From the NCBI GenBank assembly GCA_964016885.1, contig OZ024740.1, positions 280,488,001-280,552,000 on the forward strand: a DNA stretch of 64,000 bases. Reading direction: 5' to 3'. The translations under genes were made by a program, and so were the position numbers. Shown in pieces: positions 14,653 to 28,350 of this stretch; position 1 is the stretch's first letter, and each line of letters begins with the position of its first letter. The notes below the pieces were generated by a model, which was not told where the DNA came from, searched no databases, and saw only the letters and a list, made by a program, of their open reading frames with translations. This DNA is from Eledone cirrhosa. Lineage: Eukaryota.

Positions 14653-14690
14653 GTGTTCTTGAATCCCTCGGCCGAGGGATTCAAGAACAC
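14653..14690. repeat. Perfect 38-bp palindrome abutting (TA)n
   Basis: gtgttcttgaatccctcgg|ccgagggattcaagaacac. Confidence 0.95.
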
Positions 14691-14691
14691 G

Positions 14692-14726
<35 letters not shown>

Positions 14727-15094
14727 CGACTTTCGTCTAATCGGGGACCGACGAAACAATGTTTTCATTAGTCTTTCCGATAGCTAATATTATCTATCGG
14801 CTGCAACACCAGGTAGAAGGAGCAACATGAAATAAATTGTCTTGCTCAAGGACATAACGCATCGCCCGGTCCGAGAATCAAACTCACAACCTCATGATTG
14901 CGAATCCAATTTTCTAACCATTCAGCTACGCACCTTCACGTGCATATATACACACCATTACCTCAATGTGATTGCGTATGACGAAATAATGAGCCCTCGT
15001 ATGTAAACATAGAGATAATATACACTTTAATACTTAGTAGTTTACTACACGCCTTAAAAAATACATGTTTCATGTGATTTAGTTTTTCAGGTGG

Positions 15095-15472
15095 CGATTT
15101 CCTTTATCGAAGATTTTTCGCCTAAACTAACTTTGCCAATCAACAGTTTTTGAATAGATATATTTCCGGAATATTTTTTACTTCCGGTGCACATATGATA
15201 AATTCTTTTTTTCTGTTATTTTGTTTCATCTCATTCAAAGAAGGTTATTGTTGTAGTTTTGGAGAAAATATTTTCCTTTTCAAATGTGATTCCATTCAAA
15301 TAAAGAATTTAAAAATGTTTTATGAAGTTCAATATGATGCATAGAAAAATAGGGTTTCTGATTGCTGAGATCTGTTTGTGTATAGGGTGGGTAGTAATTA
15401 AATGTGTTGTTATGTGTGTCTCTGGGATTTTAGTGTGGTCTATCTGTATATCTATAATAATATATGCATGTA

Positions 15473-15561
<89 letters not shown>

Positions 15562-16748
15562 ACGCCCGTAATGTAAATACACAGATATATATAACCTTAG
15601 CTGGTTGGTTACGTCTTAATATGAGTTGCCTGTGTAGTCAGATTAATGGCATGGGTGGGCGAAAGTTGGTATATCTAGATACTCATGAACACACATATAT
15701 ACGCCTGTGTGCACTATGCATTAATGTGTACGCATGTACACATGTGCATACATGTCCATGTTAGTTTGATATCTGGAATATCAAAAGTAGCTTCATATTT
15801 AAGTGTAGCTTTGGGTGCCTCTGACAAAATTCAGTCAATTTTTCTTTTTGTCTGGAGATTCTCGCTGGGAGTGTCATTCAGTCATACGGCAGCTGTTGTA
15901 ACAATCATCAGTTGTATATGAGGTGGGACACTCAACATACTGTAGGCTTCTGGTCACGTGGTGACTAGAACTGAAGGAAGAATTTTGAGCTGTGTGGGCA
16001 GGGTTTCTATATTTCGCTTCTAGTATTAGAGTAGCCTTAGTTGCTAATGAATTTTCCAAAATTAGCCACCTTTGTACGCCACAGACCCGGCATTTCCTGG
16101 TTCCGTTGATGTAGTGCTTGTAAATTACTGCTATTATCCACTTGATGTTGTAATCTATGGATTCTTGTTTCAGTGTTCTCAGACATGAACGGATTGTTTT
16201 GTTGTATACATGTGGAACTAGATACACAACATTTTGGCCACTAACAGGACCACACAAACAATTTACGTTAATTTAAGACACAACCAACCAACTAAAGATA
16301 TATGTGTGTGTGTATGTATACAATGCGTGTGTGCGCATGAGTATATCTTTTTTACAAACCAGTATACGGTATTATTATAGATATAATCGAAATAACCTCT
16401 CCCAACACCAGACACAGGCACATAACCACTCAGTTATATACTGGCGAGCCCATATACAGACAAATCACAGCGTACAGAAAATCTGTTTTCCTGTGCAACA
16501 CAATGAATTGCAGAAAAGAATATTAAAAAAATCTTTATTATAATGGAACCACATTTGAAAATGAAAATAATATTTTCTCCACAACTACAATAGTTTCGTC
16601 CTTCTTGGATCAGACAAAAAAAAAAAGAAAAATAAATTATCCTTTTAGACACCAATAAGTAGACATCATTCCGGAAATATAAGCCTTCATAAATTGATGA
16701 TTGGAAAAGTTAGTATAAACCAAAAAATCTTCGATAATGGAATTCGCT
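15095..16748. repeat. Long diverged inverted arms (about 15095-15650 and 16235-16748) enclosing the GIY-YIG fragment
   Basis: Paired blocks: ttatcgaagatttt/aaaatcttcgataa, atatttccggaat/attccggaaatat, tgtagtt.tggagaaaatatt/aatattttctcca.aactaca, ttag.tggttggtt..gtctta/taagac..aaccaacca.ctaa. Confidence 0.75.
15955..16257 (-). mobile_element. Penelope-like element, GIY-YIG endonuclease C-terminal fragment (pseudogenised)
   Basis: LKQESIDYNIKWII...YINGTRKCRVC...WLIL, then after a frameshift NTRSEI*KPCPHSSKFFLQF*. This matches the recalled PLE endonuclease tail pattern Y.IKW.I...K.C.LC..EK..I...LN.RSE....C.H..KF.L. Confidence 0.7.
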
Positions 16749-16815
16749 TTCTGAATGACAGAATCCTCGGAAACTTAAGTAATTTCGAAGCCGATACCTA
16801 TCTACAGTATGTACA

Positions 16816-16928
<113 letters not shown>

Positions 16929-16948
16929 ATATATCTATGTGAGTGTGT

Positions 16949-16997
<49 letters not shown>

Positions 16998-17115
16998 AAG
17001 ATTTACATATACATAAAGTCACAGATATATATGTGGCAACCGGTCACGTTGTGGCTCAATGAAGAATTAATAAATTAAATAATCAGAGCAATATATCATA
17101 AATCATGTCCTTAGA

Positions 17116-17212
<97 letters not shown>

Positions 17213-17214
17213 TT

Positions 17215-17257
<43 letters not shown>

Positions 17258-18048
17258 CACTCACACACATACGCACACACACACATATATATATATATAT
17301 GTACACACACTCACATACATACGCACACACATACACTCACACACACCAATCTCATATACTATATCCAAACACATATAGTCTGCAGTTTCTGTCTACCAAA
17401 TTATGCTCGCAAGGTAACGTTTTATTTAATGTTCCTCGCAGTGGGAACGAAATCTGAAACATTTGTTTGTGAATATCTTAACTACACAGCTATGTTAGCT
17501 TCTATATATAATCTTATACAATATCATCATCATCTTTATTATCACCACTCTCCATTACTATAAAATTGTGATTGTTATAACCTCAAGCATTTGCTGAAGC
17601 TGTTAACATAGTCATGACGTCTTTCTTAGCATATGTAACAATGTGTCCAATTCTCAAATTTTACTAGGAAGCTTGATATAATACTGTTCAAGCACTTTAT
17701 CATTGAAACGATTATATTTAACAAATGAGGAAAACAGCAGCATACGCACACTTACTATATTCGTATATTATACTTAACTATTAAGTTGTATGGGAAATTT
17801 AAAGAATTATATTCATTTTCACATATAGACAATCCTCAATAGTTTAAGAAAAAGAGTTAAGAAGTTTCTATGCCAATATCATTTTACAATTCCCATGACG
17901 TTTTGCATATATAGTTTCTACATTTCTCTCTGGTTTAAAATTTAACGAAATTGTATTCTTCTTATGTTCTCTCGGTGTAAATCTTTATTTGTTATTTTAT
18001 TCTCTTATTTGGAACACTTATCTTAATCTTTATTAGTGAAGTTGTCAG

Positions 18049-18320
18049 TACCACCACGCATACCACCTCCACAACAACCACCACCACCACCACCGCCACC
18101 GTCACCATCACCACCAGCACTAACCCCGTCACCGTCACCATCACCACCAGCACTAGCCCCGTCACCACCACCATCAGCACTAGCACCATCACCATCACCA
18201 CCACCACCACCACCACCACCACCACCACCACCACCACCACCACCACCACCACCAATAACAGCAACAACAATATAATAATAATCCTCATCATATTCATAAT
18301 CGTTTTCATCGTCATTATTA
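18049..18320. repeat. (ACC)n/(ATC)n trinucleotide microsatellite
   Basis: Direct reading of the sequence. Confidence 0.9.
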
Positions 18321-19480
18321 TCTCCCCCACTAACACCCAATCTTCTTTACCGCCGGCTCTAGCAGTAGAACTTCTGTTATGTTATTGTCTGGGGATTGTA
18401 AATGGCACAAGTGTGTAGTGAGTGTACTGTTTCAAATACGATATTGAATTGAATGTGCCTTGCGTAGGATGTGGGTTTGCCTGACAGTACTACGTTTTGG
18501 ATTCTGTCTAACGTAGTGAAACCCTGTAGAGTTTGTATACTTTCGCTCATATTTTTACATCATACCTACTGATCCATCTATTAGTGGTACTGGTTTAGCT
18601 TTCATGTTCCTAAAGTCTAAAGTTTGTCTCGAGCCCGGAAGATCATCAGGCCGGTGCTTATCCCGGTTTTCGTCGCGTTAAGTGTCTGAGAGTACAAGAC
18701 TTCTCTCCGGACAGGATGCCTGTCCATCGCATGGTTAAACCTCCAGCTATTGCTGGCACTCATTTTCATTTGAATAAACTGGAGCAACGTGAAATGAAAT
18801 CAACGCAACCGATCCAGAAATCAAAACACGACATTAAAATAATAAGTTCAACACCCTTACCACTAGGCCACGTAGCCCGTTTATTTCAATTGCAAGATCC
18901 TTACATTTCGACAGATTCTGTACTGCATTTCTAGAAAAGTTATGGGCAGAAAGTATCGAGATATCTATCAGCGTACGTATATTGATTTTCCACCCTTTGA
19001 CTATTGTATCTAGATGGTTTGACCTGTACTCTTTGTGAGTTTAGGCAAGAATCTCTCAGAGTATTGTTGCTGAGCCATTGTCATGTACCGTGTTTGGTAC
19101 ATGTTTATACCTTTTCGACCGCATACTACCTAACAGACATAACTGCCAACTCTATCCTGTCTGTGAATACGCACAGACTTGCTACGAACTGAGCAGCCAT
19201 AGATAATGAAAGTAACCGTTTCATTCTAATGGCTGCACATTTTACACTTGATGTTAATATCTTTTTTAGCAAGTTTGTTGGATTTCACTAACTTCACTGA
19301 TAAGCCTTGATGTGTCTGGCATTGGAGTGGTTTTTCTCCCAGTCTTTCTTTAGTATATTTTGTTGTAATTATTTAAAAGCATTCCCTATTGTTATGCCTT
19401 CATCTAAATATTTCTATTTAGTGGTATAAATTAGATACTGGTTTGTATTTAATCTTTCCTTATATAGATTGAAAAGTTCG

Positions 19481-19987
19481 TTTTTTGTTATTATTTATTA
19501 CATATATCGTTTCCCCTTTGCTTGCTTCAAATAGTCTTCTTGTCACACTGTTGTTATTCCACAGTAGTTTTCCGATAGTATCAAACTTCATGCTTTTTTG
19601 ATGAGGGGGTGTGTATATTCCATATATATATATATAGTAATAATAATAAATTTGAAGACTAAAATCCAAAGAGGGCTCGATAAGGATAAATATATATCAA
19701 ATATATAAGAACCGTTGCAACGTTTTTTGAAATATCCACTTCTGCGTTTACAGATTGACTTTGTTAGTTTCAGAAGATCCCGTTAAGGGTGAAAGCAGCG
19801 ATTCTTTGCTTAAACTTTAATCTGTTATTTTAATATATATATATATATATGGAATATACACACCCCACATCAAAAAAGCATGAAGTTTGATACTATCGGA
19901 AAACTACTGTGGAATAACAACAGTGTGACAAGAAGACTATTTGAAGCAAGCAAAGGGAAAACGATATATGTAATAAATAATAACAGA

Positions 19988-19995
<8 letters not shown>
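19481..19995. repeat. About 145-bp inverted repeat pair (19481-19625 and 19850-19995) with (TA)n spacers
   Basis: The ORF track gives the same peptide MKFDTIGKLLWNNNSVTRRLFEASKG on opposite strands; the DNA arms are near-identical. Confidence 0.92.
19711..19835 (+). mobile_element. Short (TA)n-tailed element, family D (second copy 47498-47620)
   Basis: Near-identical gttgcaacgttttttgaaatatcca...cagaagatcccgttaagggtgaaagc...ctgttattttaa(ta)n at both loci. Confidence 0.85.
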
Positions 19996-20049
<54 letters not shown>

Positions 20050-21824
20050 ATTTCGGGTTGTAGGCGATTGGAATTTGTGAGCAACTCCTTGTTTTATTTT
20101 CTGTTTAATCTCTTTAATTCATGTAACTTCCAATTTGTTATATTGAACCTGTAGTTGATGACTGGTATGGTTAGTCTATTTATATCTACTAACTTATTAA
20201 TCACATTGAAGTCTTTGTTTAATATCAGCATGCCTTTACTGTAATACTCTTTCTAAATTTCTTCTTCATTTTTGTGTATTGTATTTTATCAGTTTCATCT
20301 AGCCTAAGTATTTATATGGATGCTTCTGATCTAATTCACTGACTCCGGCATCTACATCGTTTATAATATTCTCAGTTTTCGTCAATTTGTATCTTCTTAT
20401 TGCAGCTTTTATACAGTTGTCTAATCCCATAAAAAGAAAAGGCGAAGAGAAAGTGGAGTTATTTTTTAGTATTTTTCTATTAATGAAGCTGTGGTTAGTT
20501 TGCACATTTGTTAGCCATTTACTCACGATATATTTAATTGAGCTGCTTATTATCGGTACTACCTTAATCATAATTAATGTTGCTAGTACAGTCAAACACA
20601 TTCTAGTAGTCAATACATACAATGGTCAAGACTTTCTTTCTTCTACAATCTTTGTTTGGTCAGTAATTGATCTTGGCAGACATATGAGAGTTTGCATCAT
20701 CTTTTCATCTTTTCTGAAAACATATTGGTATTTCAAGATGTTTATTTGTTCTCAGCAATGGTTATCACAGTTAAGATTTTGAAAGTTGCATGGTCACGGG
20801 TCTATAGTTTTTTGGGCGTTCTGTTTCTTTAGCCTTGTGTATTAATATAGTTTTCTCCTCAGTGAGTCAGTATACACTAAATATTTATGCTAAACTTAGG
20901 CGTCCCTGTTAAATATTTTAATCAGACATTTTGGCTACCTTCATATTTTTGTGTCTTCCAGTTGCTTGATATTTTTAGCGTCTGGTATACTACTTGTATT
21001 ATATTCCCCTACAACAGAGAAAAGACAAAAAAACATCAAAATCATAGGGTTAAACGAAATAAGAGAAATGGTCTCTCAATCCCTAAAAAAAAAAAAAAAT
21101 GAATAACAAAGTAACAAAGAAATGACAAATAAGAGAAACAAATAATACATAAACTTGGCATGACAAAAAGTATCCGAAATAAAAGAACCCTTGAAATAAG
21201 AGATCCTTGTTAAATCGCAAAAATCTTGCAATATTAAAATTCGATAATGATTCGTTGAACAAAACAGTTCGACACTAATCCAAAATAATTCTATCAATAA
21301 CTATGTAAAGTAAGTTATAGTGAAATGATTGCAGCATCAATAACTAAAGCAGAAACATACTGAGGAGTATAGACAACGACTCATCCCAACGATATTGTTC
21401 AAAACAACGCACACAGTATCATAATAATTGTTAAAACCAAATTGAAAAAATTGTTGTTGCTTTCTTATAGCCGAGTTTTATCCTTAGGAGGTACTTCCTT
21501 TGTTCCAAATGAAAATGTATTGGTTTTAATTTTTAACTATTTCCATATTACAATATCATGATTTCCACCTTTAGAATTTTTTTTTCTTCTTACGTAATTC
21601 TCATATTCTCTTTAATTTTTGTTTTTGTTTGTGTCATTGTAATTTTTTCCGTTATTTACACGGTTTTGCACGTTCTATGTATATCTTCATGATATACGTA
21701 TTCTTGCTTTTCCTTTCCTTATATATTTTAAGAAATCTATTTTGATTTCTGATATTTTCATGCCCTTAACAATGTAGTTTGTTAAGATAGCTGGTTTGTT
21801 GTGAGATCAATGTTACATTTAGAC

Positions 21825-23900
21825 CTGGTCTAAACGCAGAATTTAAGATTTTGGCTAAGGTGTTAGCAAAGAGATTGGCGCTTGACGTCGGTGATCTGGT
21901 GGGAGAGGCGCAGACATACGCCATTCCGGACAGATCCATCCACGATAACCTCCACCTCATGCGAAACATCGTCGTGGGTCCTTGATCAATTTAGATCGGT
22001 CGATAGTATCGACCGACGTTATCTGGCGGTGGTCCTGAAGCCGGCCGGCTTTGGGCCCGTCTTCAGAGGCTGGATCGCTGCCATGCACAGCGACATCTGC
22101 TCTGTGGTGAGAGTGAACGGTCACCTTTTGGAACCGTTCAACATCATGCGCTTGGTCCGCCAAGGATGTCCCTTCTCGTTCCTGTTGTACGTATTGGATA
22201 CGTTAAGGGGCGTCCAGCGCGAACTGGGGTGTGGGAGAACTGTGTCAGCATATGCCGACGACGTCACCGTAGTGGTGTCGAGTGTCAAACACATCGGCAC
22301 TACGCTAAGAGAATACGAGGCTGTGACAGGAGCAATGATCAACCAGGAAAAGTCGATGGGCCTGCGGCTCGGCACCTGAAGAGGCAGGTCTATGCCGTCG
22401 TCCAACAGCATCGTCGGGCGCTTGACGGACGGACTGGTTGAATTGGTAGAGGTCTGGTTCGGTCCAGACCTCCAGACAGACAAAAACTGGGACGAGGTGA
22501 CGAGCAGGGTGGCCTCTCTCACCCAGAAATGGAAGCTATCCGAGAGGAAGCTATCCTTGAAAGGTTGAGCGGAGGTGGAGAACGCGAACATCGCGCCCAT
22601 CATCTACTACCACCTGACTGTCGTGACTTGTCCTAAACCTCACCTGACTACTCTGGAGCGTTTACTCTTTCGCTTTTTGTCAAAGGGACGCACTCCGATG
22701 ATCAGGTGGTCTATCTGCTGTCAACACCCGCTACTCGGAGGGCTAGGCATGCCGTGGCTGATGATGCGGCAGACGTGCGCTCAGGCTACGGCATCTCCAC
22801 CTCTTCCTCGACGGGGATCAGGTGTGGTCACCGCCTGTTAGAGGCGTTTTTCCTTATCTCGTCTCCTTGATGGAGCTGCAGTGCTGGGTCAAGCGAAGAC
22901 CGAGAGGAAACGCTTGGAAACTGGAATGTCTTCAGGCGCTCACAGCCCTCGACCAGTCGGGTGATGCGACCGGTAGAAACTCCACCTTGGAGTTCTATAT
23001 AGGGTTAGTGGAGGGAAAGAGCGACGACGTCCTTGGGGAGACTCTGGGCGTCGTCGAAAATCGACTAGCCAATCTCTTCGGAATAACTTTCGGGCCAGGG
23101 CCTATGGGCAACTTCCAGAAATCCCTGGCCTGGTAGTGCTACCGGGGAGCTTTGTCAGCTCGTGATAAACTTTCCAGGCATGGAAGTGCCGTCAGACGGG
23201 TCTGTCTGAGATACGCGTCGGACGATGAGACCGCCCTACATGCAGTAGTCCATTGTCCGAGCATACCTGATTTGTGGGTTTATGTCGAACATCAGCTGTC
23301 GCATGTAGGACAGATCCAGCTATTAGCTGAGTCCATCGTGAAGAATGCCTCGCCGCCTTCCTTTAACTAGACGGGGTAGGCAGCTTTTATCTGCCTGGTG
23401 TCCATGGTAAAAGTGGTCGTATGGTGGACACACGTCTGAAAGGACTGAAGACGGGCACTTTCCTCTTCGGTGACGCCCTCATTAACTTTTTCAGGTTTAA
23501 CCTGAAAAGGAAAATCAAGGGGGGGGGGGAAGTGCTGCCTTCCAGCCAGTTTGTTGAAAGATGGGTGAAAGAGGCAAGAATAGCCCGTGGGAATGGGCCT
23601 GCTCTGAGTAAGCACCTGTAGATTGGAGGTGGAAACTGGGAGAGGGCACTTACCCCTGTGGTCAGGGTTACTGTGTCTTTTTTAATGGGCTTTCTTCACG
23701 AGTGACCCCCGGAAGTATTCCCCCTATTGGGTAATGTTTTCTTTGTTTATTTTTTTTTTGTTTTTACCTTCGTTTTTGTTGTTTTATATATATGTTGTTT
23801 TTTTTACACGCAGAAATGCCCATTTGTACCGTCTTGTACTGTCCTGTACTTTCCTTAATGTTATACTTTATGTCAACCCTTGTGGTTAATAAGGAAAGCA
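21825..23900 (+). mobile_element. 5'-truncated L1/Tx1-like LINE, ORF2 pseudogene (RT and C-terminal Cys/His region)
   Basis: GC-rich island. LNAEFKILAKVLAKRL, EAQTYAIPDRSIHDNLHLMRNI, VRQGCP, VSAYADDVT, GGLGMP, CLRY..DDETALHAVVHCP. Several frameshifts and stops; T-rich 3' UTR. Confidence 0.9.
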
Positions 23901-25518
23901 TTATTATGATTATCATTATTGGTTGTTGAACTACGAAGACAAGATTTGTGAGCTCGTGAGTCTTCTCATTATTTCTATTGTTAAAGAGTGTTTTGATCTG
24001 AAAATTTATTATTGTTTTGAAGATAAAGAACTCAGCTTCCGTGCGAGGTAATCCATTTTTCCATATTTGCAGCCTTTCCGTGCAAAATTGGTGCTTTTTA
24101 TTCTCGCAAACACGCCCCACTAATTTTGAAAAATAACAAAAACAAACAGCGGACACCAAAATTTTGTCAGCAAACAGAACAGCGATTTGTTCAATCAAGA
24201 GAACAGCCATAGTTCAGTCAGCTGCAGTGGCAGCACTAGCTGTGTGAAACCTTTTACTAGCAGCAGCCAAACACGGATTTCCTTTTCCAACGTAACAAAA
24301 AACGAAGCAAAATTGTTGCAAACACTACCACCACCACTACCACCACCACCAGCACACCCACTAAATTCAGCACTAGTACAAACGCTACCACCAGCGCCTC
24401 CACCATTACTACAAACAACATGAAAACCAGTATGAGCAGCAGCAACATCTATCAACAATAACAACGACAACAGTAACAGCAACAACAACAGCAATAACAA
24501 CAACGATAACGACATCCACAGCAACAACCACAACAGTAGCAACATCAGCAGCAGAGATAACGAGTCTTCAGAACAGGCAGCAGCCACCGAAGTGACTATA
24601 TCTTTCGCGAGGGCGGCGAAAAGTGTAGAAATGATCCACGTAAGCGACGAGGAATCCGCGTTAAACGTCCTAAACCCGGATATGTCTCCGTTAACAATGA
24701 TCCTTGAGTGGGCTATTGTGTCCAACTCCTTATTTGAAAGACATCACAAGGTGGCCCTATTAAGTTAGACATAGCCTGGGCCAATACTTTGCTTGTGGCT
24801 ACTGCTTCACAGAGAAAGAAGTCATCTTGAATAACTAATAGAATATGCAAATATAAAATATAAATTTCCAAGGACAATATTTACTTGTTCCAGCTTAAGC
24901 GATGCACACACCCAAATAATCCAAAGCCATTTAATGGCAAACAATAGAATGCCCATAAACAGTATTGGCCTTATCCAAGCTGTGAAATGCCCCAAATTTC
25001 CTTTTTGCAATTTTTCAGCCGAAAAAGTATTTACAGCCATCAATCATCTAAGATCGTATGACACTGTTCCACTGCCTTGAATGAACACAATATTTAATTC
25101 GTCCTGGTTTAAGACCAATATTAAATTAAATAGCCTAAAATTTTCTTTTCTGATCGTCGTAAAGTTCGGGTACGCCGTGGGGATAGTCATCTCATCGTGA
25201 AGGACGTGTGAGCTTTCTATCTGGGCTCACTCCTCTTGACTCCATCTAATGTATTTTCTAATTGTTCCTGACAGATTTCCACTTTCTTCAATCAACATCT
25301 CCAAATCCCTGCCAGAAGATTGGGAGGTATTGCTTAATCTAACTGTCGATTGAACTTTCCAGACGAACTTTCCAGATGTTGTCATCATTCTCTGCTGTTT
25401 GACGTTTCTTTAGATCTGCATGTTTCTTTTTAACATTAATTTTAGAAATTCTTGGGAGCTGGTTGTGCTGACGACGCTGTAATTATACGTAATTATTAAA
25501 GACATAGGATATCATTAT

Positions 25519-25708
25519 TGTGGATTGGCAGTATCGGTAGAGGGTCGGACGCCTTGCTTTTCAGCACAGTTACGTCCCTTTACGGACTGAGTTCAAATCG
25601 CGCCGAGGTTCACTTTGCCTTTCATCCTTACGGGGTCGATAAAATAAAGTACCAGTAATACACTGGGATAATTGCTGGCCTTGTGCCAAAAGTAGAAACA
25701 ATTATTAT
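25519..25708 (+). mobile_element. Full-length tRNA-derived SINE family 1
   Basis: A-box-like tggcagtatcggtag, B-box gagttcaaatc, conserved core, tail gtagaaacaattatt. Confidence 0.9.
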
Positions 25709-26711
25709 TAATAATTTTAGATTAATCTACAGCATTATCCATATAAAACAAATTGTTCATATGGGCATTCAAGAATTATTCTATCATTTCCACAAGCAGA
25801 ATGAAACTTTGGTCCAGTAATTTCTAGATTATACTGGCACTTTAGTCGCATATTTGATCCCTTTCTATAATATTTAATCCTGCGTTGAAACATTATTTTA
25901 TAAAGTAGTGTAGTTGTGAGATATGTAATAAAAGACCGATAGTTTTCAAATTATCGGCCCTTTATTGACTTTTTAAATAGATAAAATAGATAATTCAATA
26001 AAAAGGCGAATACACAAATCATATTTTAATTAATTTTATTAATCAAAACGTATAAAATTATATTGTCGTAAAGAAATATTGGTTGTTTGTATAAAAATTT
26101 CGTTCCACAAAGAAAATTACTTAAAAAACATGTATGATGATATAAATAACATGTTGCCAGCAACGGGTTGCACATATGAGGAGATCATTGATGAAAACTT
26201 TTCCTTGTAATATAAAATATATTAATGTTTTTATAAAATATAACAATACGAAGTTTGTTTTTGATGCACAGATATTAGAGGCCATCGTCCAGTAAAAGTC
26301 TCCATCAATAATAATGACGTTGAACATTTAAAAAGAGATGTTGAATTGAATTGTGATATGAAATCAAGTAGAAAAATAAATTAATTTTTAGTCATCGAGA
26401 TATGGATGGATGTGTTTGAGTTTGCGTGCTTGTGTGTAAGCGTGTATGCATTCATGGGAGGATATGATAACATGGGTTTTTATAAATTTTCTTTTGGGCA
26501 GTTCAACTAGAGATGAACTGTACAATGGACATCAAACTATACTAACAATTAACTCATTAATTTCTGATTTTGGTGTACGGTTCAATATTTCATTACTTAT
26601 TAGCTACTATCAGTTAATTAGTGTTGGGATAGAAAGTGTAATTTGCCTCGCTCGGACAAATGAAATGACAGCGACGGAGCAAGGGCAAACGATTTTTCGT
26701 GATAATATGAC

Positions 26712-26805
<94 letters not shown>

Positions 26806-27152
26806 AGAGTGTGTGTGTGTGTGTGTTTGTGTGTTTGTGTGTTTGTGTTTGTGTGTATGTGTGAGAGGCAGTCTAGAGAGTAATGTGATAAACAATGCAG
26901 CACGATTGTTTTAAACATTGTGTTCAAAACTACATTTGATAATTCCACCTGAATGAAACAACAACATTTATGTTGCTAATTTAAAAGATGATATCATTCA
27001 GTTGAATTTGCTACAGACTGAACCAGCAGTCATACGTAGCTACTATGTGGTTAAGTGAACATATAACATGTATTGGTGTATATAATTTCATACAGTAACA
27101 GGCAGTTTTGTGTGTCTGTACAATGTAAATATACAATATTAATGCATTCGTG

Positions 27153-27715
27153 TTAGTAGATATTTCGGTAATTATTGCACATAGCTCTGAACTGGAAAGG
27201 TGTGTTATGAGCTCTGTATAATAACTGATTGTAGGTTGGTGCACTGTAAATGTATCTGTTAAAAGGCTGACTGCTGATTGAGTGTAATAATTGAGGTTGT
27301 GGCCATGACCTGTGGCCTACATTGACCAGAAATACTTTGCTGCCTTGCTGCTTAAGTTTTTCACTTTCTTTTAAAACATCCGGTGTAATCGTAGTTACTG
27401 AAGGATCCACAAATAAAACAGCCGTGTTCTTTTTCCAAGGAGTCGTATTGACCTTTGTTTCAGATTCTTTTCTCATCGCACGCATAACATTGGCTAAACC
27501 GGGAACTGTAATATTTATGCTGTTTTTTGTTTGCCAGTTAGTTTTTCCCATTAATGAAGTCGTAGGAAGATTGAAGTTAACCGGGCAATGGGCATATGAC
27601 ACAACTCTGAAATTTCCATATCCAGTATAAGGTAACATAGTGTTGATAAACTGTGTTATCATGTTGGCTCTGTAGGCTCCCATAGAGATTAGATCATATC
27701 CATACGTTACAGATG
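27153..27715 (-). CDS. Gene 2, exon 5 (terminal): degenerate VWA-like domain
   Basis: Acceptor gtttcag| at 27716/27715. [22 protein letters not shown]...NNYRNIY*. 563 nt, the same length as gene 3 exon 5. Confidence 0.9.
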
Positions 27716-28177
27716 CTGAAACGGAATATAAAATATATTTATTAAAATTGTGAGGATATAAAAATAAAATGAAAAAATATGATTAAAATTGATTGTTTCA
27801 ATTAATTTCAAATAATTATATTATGATCTACTAATTTATGTACAGTAGTGAAATAATAGTTGTTAAATGTTGTTTCAGTTCCTTTACAAAATAGTGTCAC
27901 CAAATGTATATATGTATTCATATCTCAAATAACTTAGTCTGAAATCCCGCAGTCTTGTAGAACGATAACCACAACTTTTATGTTTTCTTGGCTCTGACGT
28001 CAATTTCAAACAGTGTTTAAACCGATATTTTAACTTGATATATCTTCAAATTTAAAACATTCATGTAGCTTATCACACGAAAATTTAGTATTTATTCTAA
28101 GGATTGGTTGTAAGATGGAATAAACGAAGTGTGTGGTGTAATGTTCCACTGCGGTTTAATGAACTTTATTTATAGAA

Positions 28178-28350
28178 ATAATTGTTTCTACTTTTGGCAC
28201 AATTACCAAGTGCATTACTGGTACTTTATTTTATCGACCCCGTAAGGATGAAAGGCAAAGTTAACCTCGGCGGGATTTGAACTCAGAATGGCAAGGACCG
28301 TAACTCTATGCGTCAAATCATGGCGTCCGACCCTCTACCGATACTGCCAA
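28178..28350 (-). mobile_element. SINE family 1, intronic in gene 2
   Basis: Reverse complement of the family 1 pattern. Confidence 0.88.

Larger units (their letters stand above)
19050..20450 (-). mobile_element. Decayed R4/Dong-like (restriction-like endonuclease clade) non-LTR retrotransposon fragment
   Basis: MGLDNCIKAAIRRYKLTKTENI...ELDQKHPYKYLG, then KEYYSKGMLILNKDFNVINKLVDINRLTIPVINYRFNITNWKLHELKRLNRK (RT thumb region). Downstream is a decayed zinc knuckle KCKMCSH*NETVTFIIYGCSVRSKSVRIHRQDRVGSYV at about 19140-19255. Stops and frameshifts present; interrupted by an insertion at about 19480-20045. Confidence 0.75.

Noticed and set aside
17992-18340. Gly-, Pro- and Val-rich ORFs
   Set aside because: Trinucleotide repeat open in several frames, with no splice or homology support.
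24195-25240. Low-complexity ORFs and a possible LINE ORF1 remnant next to the Tx1-like element
   Set aside because: Only vague zinc-knuckle-like and low-complexity hints; cannot be assigned without a search.
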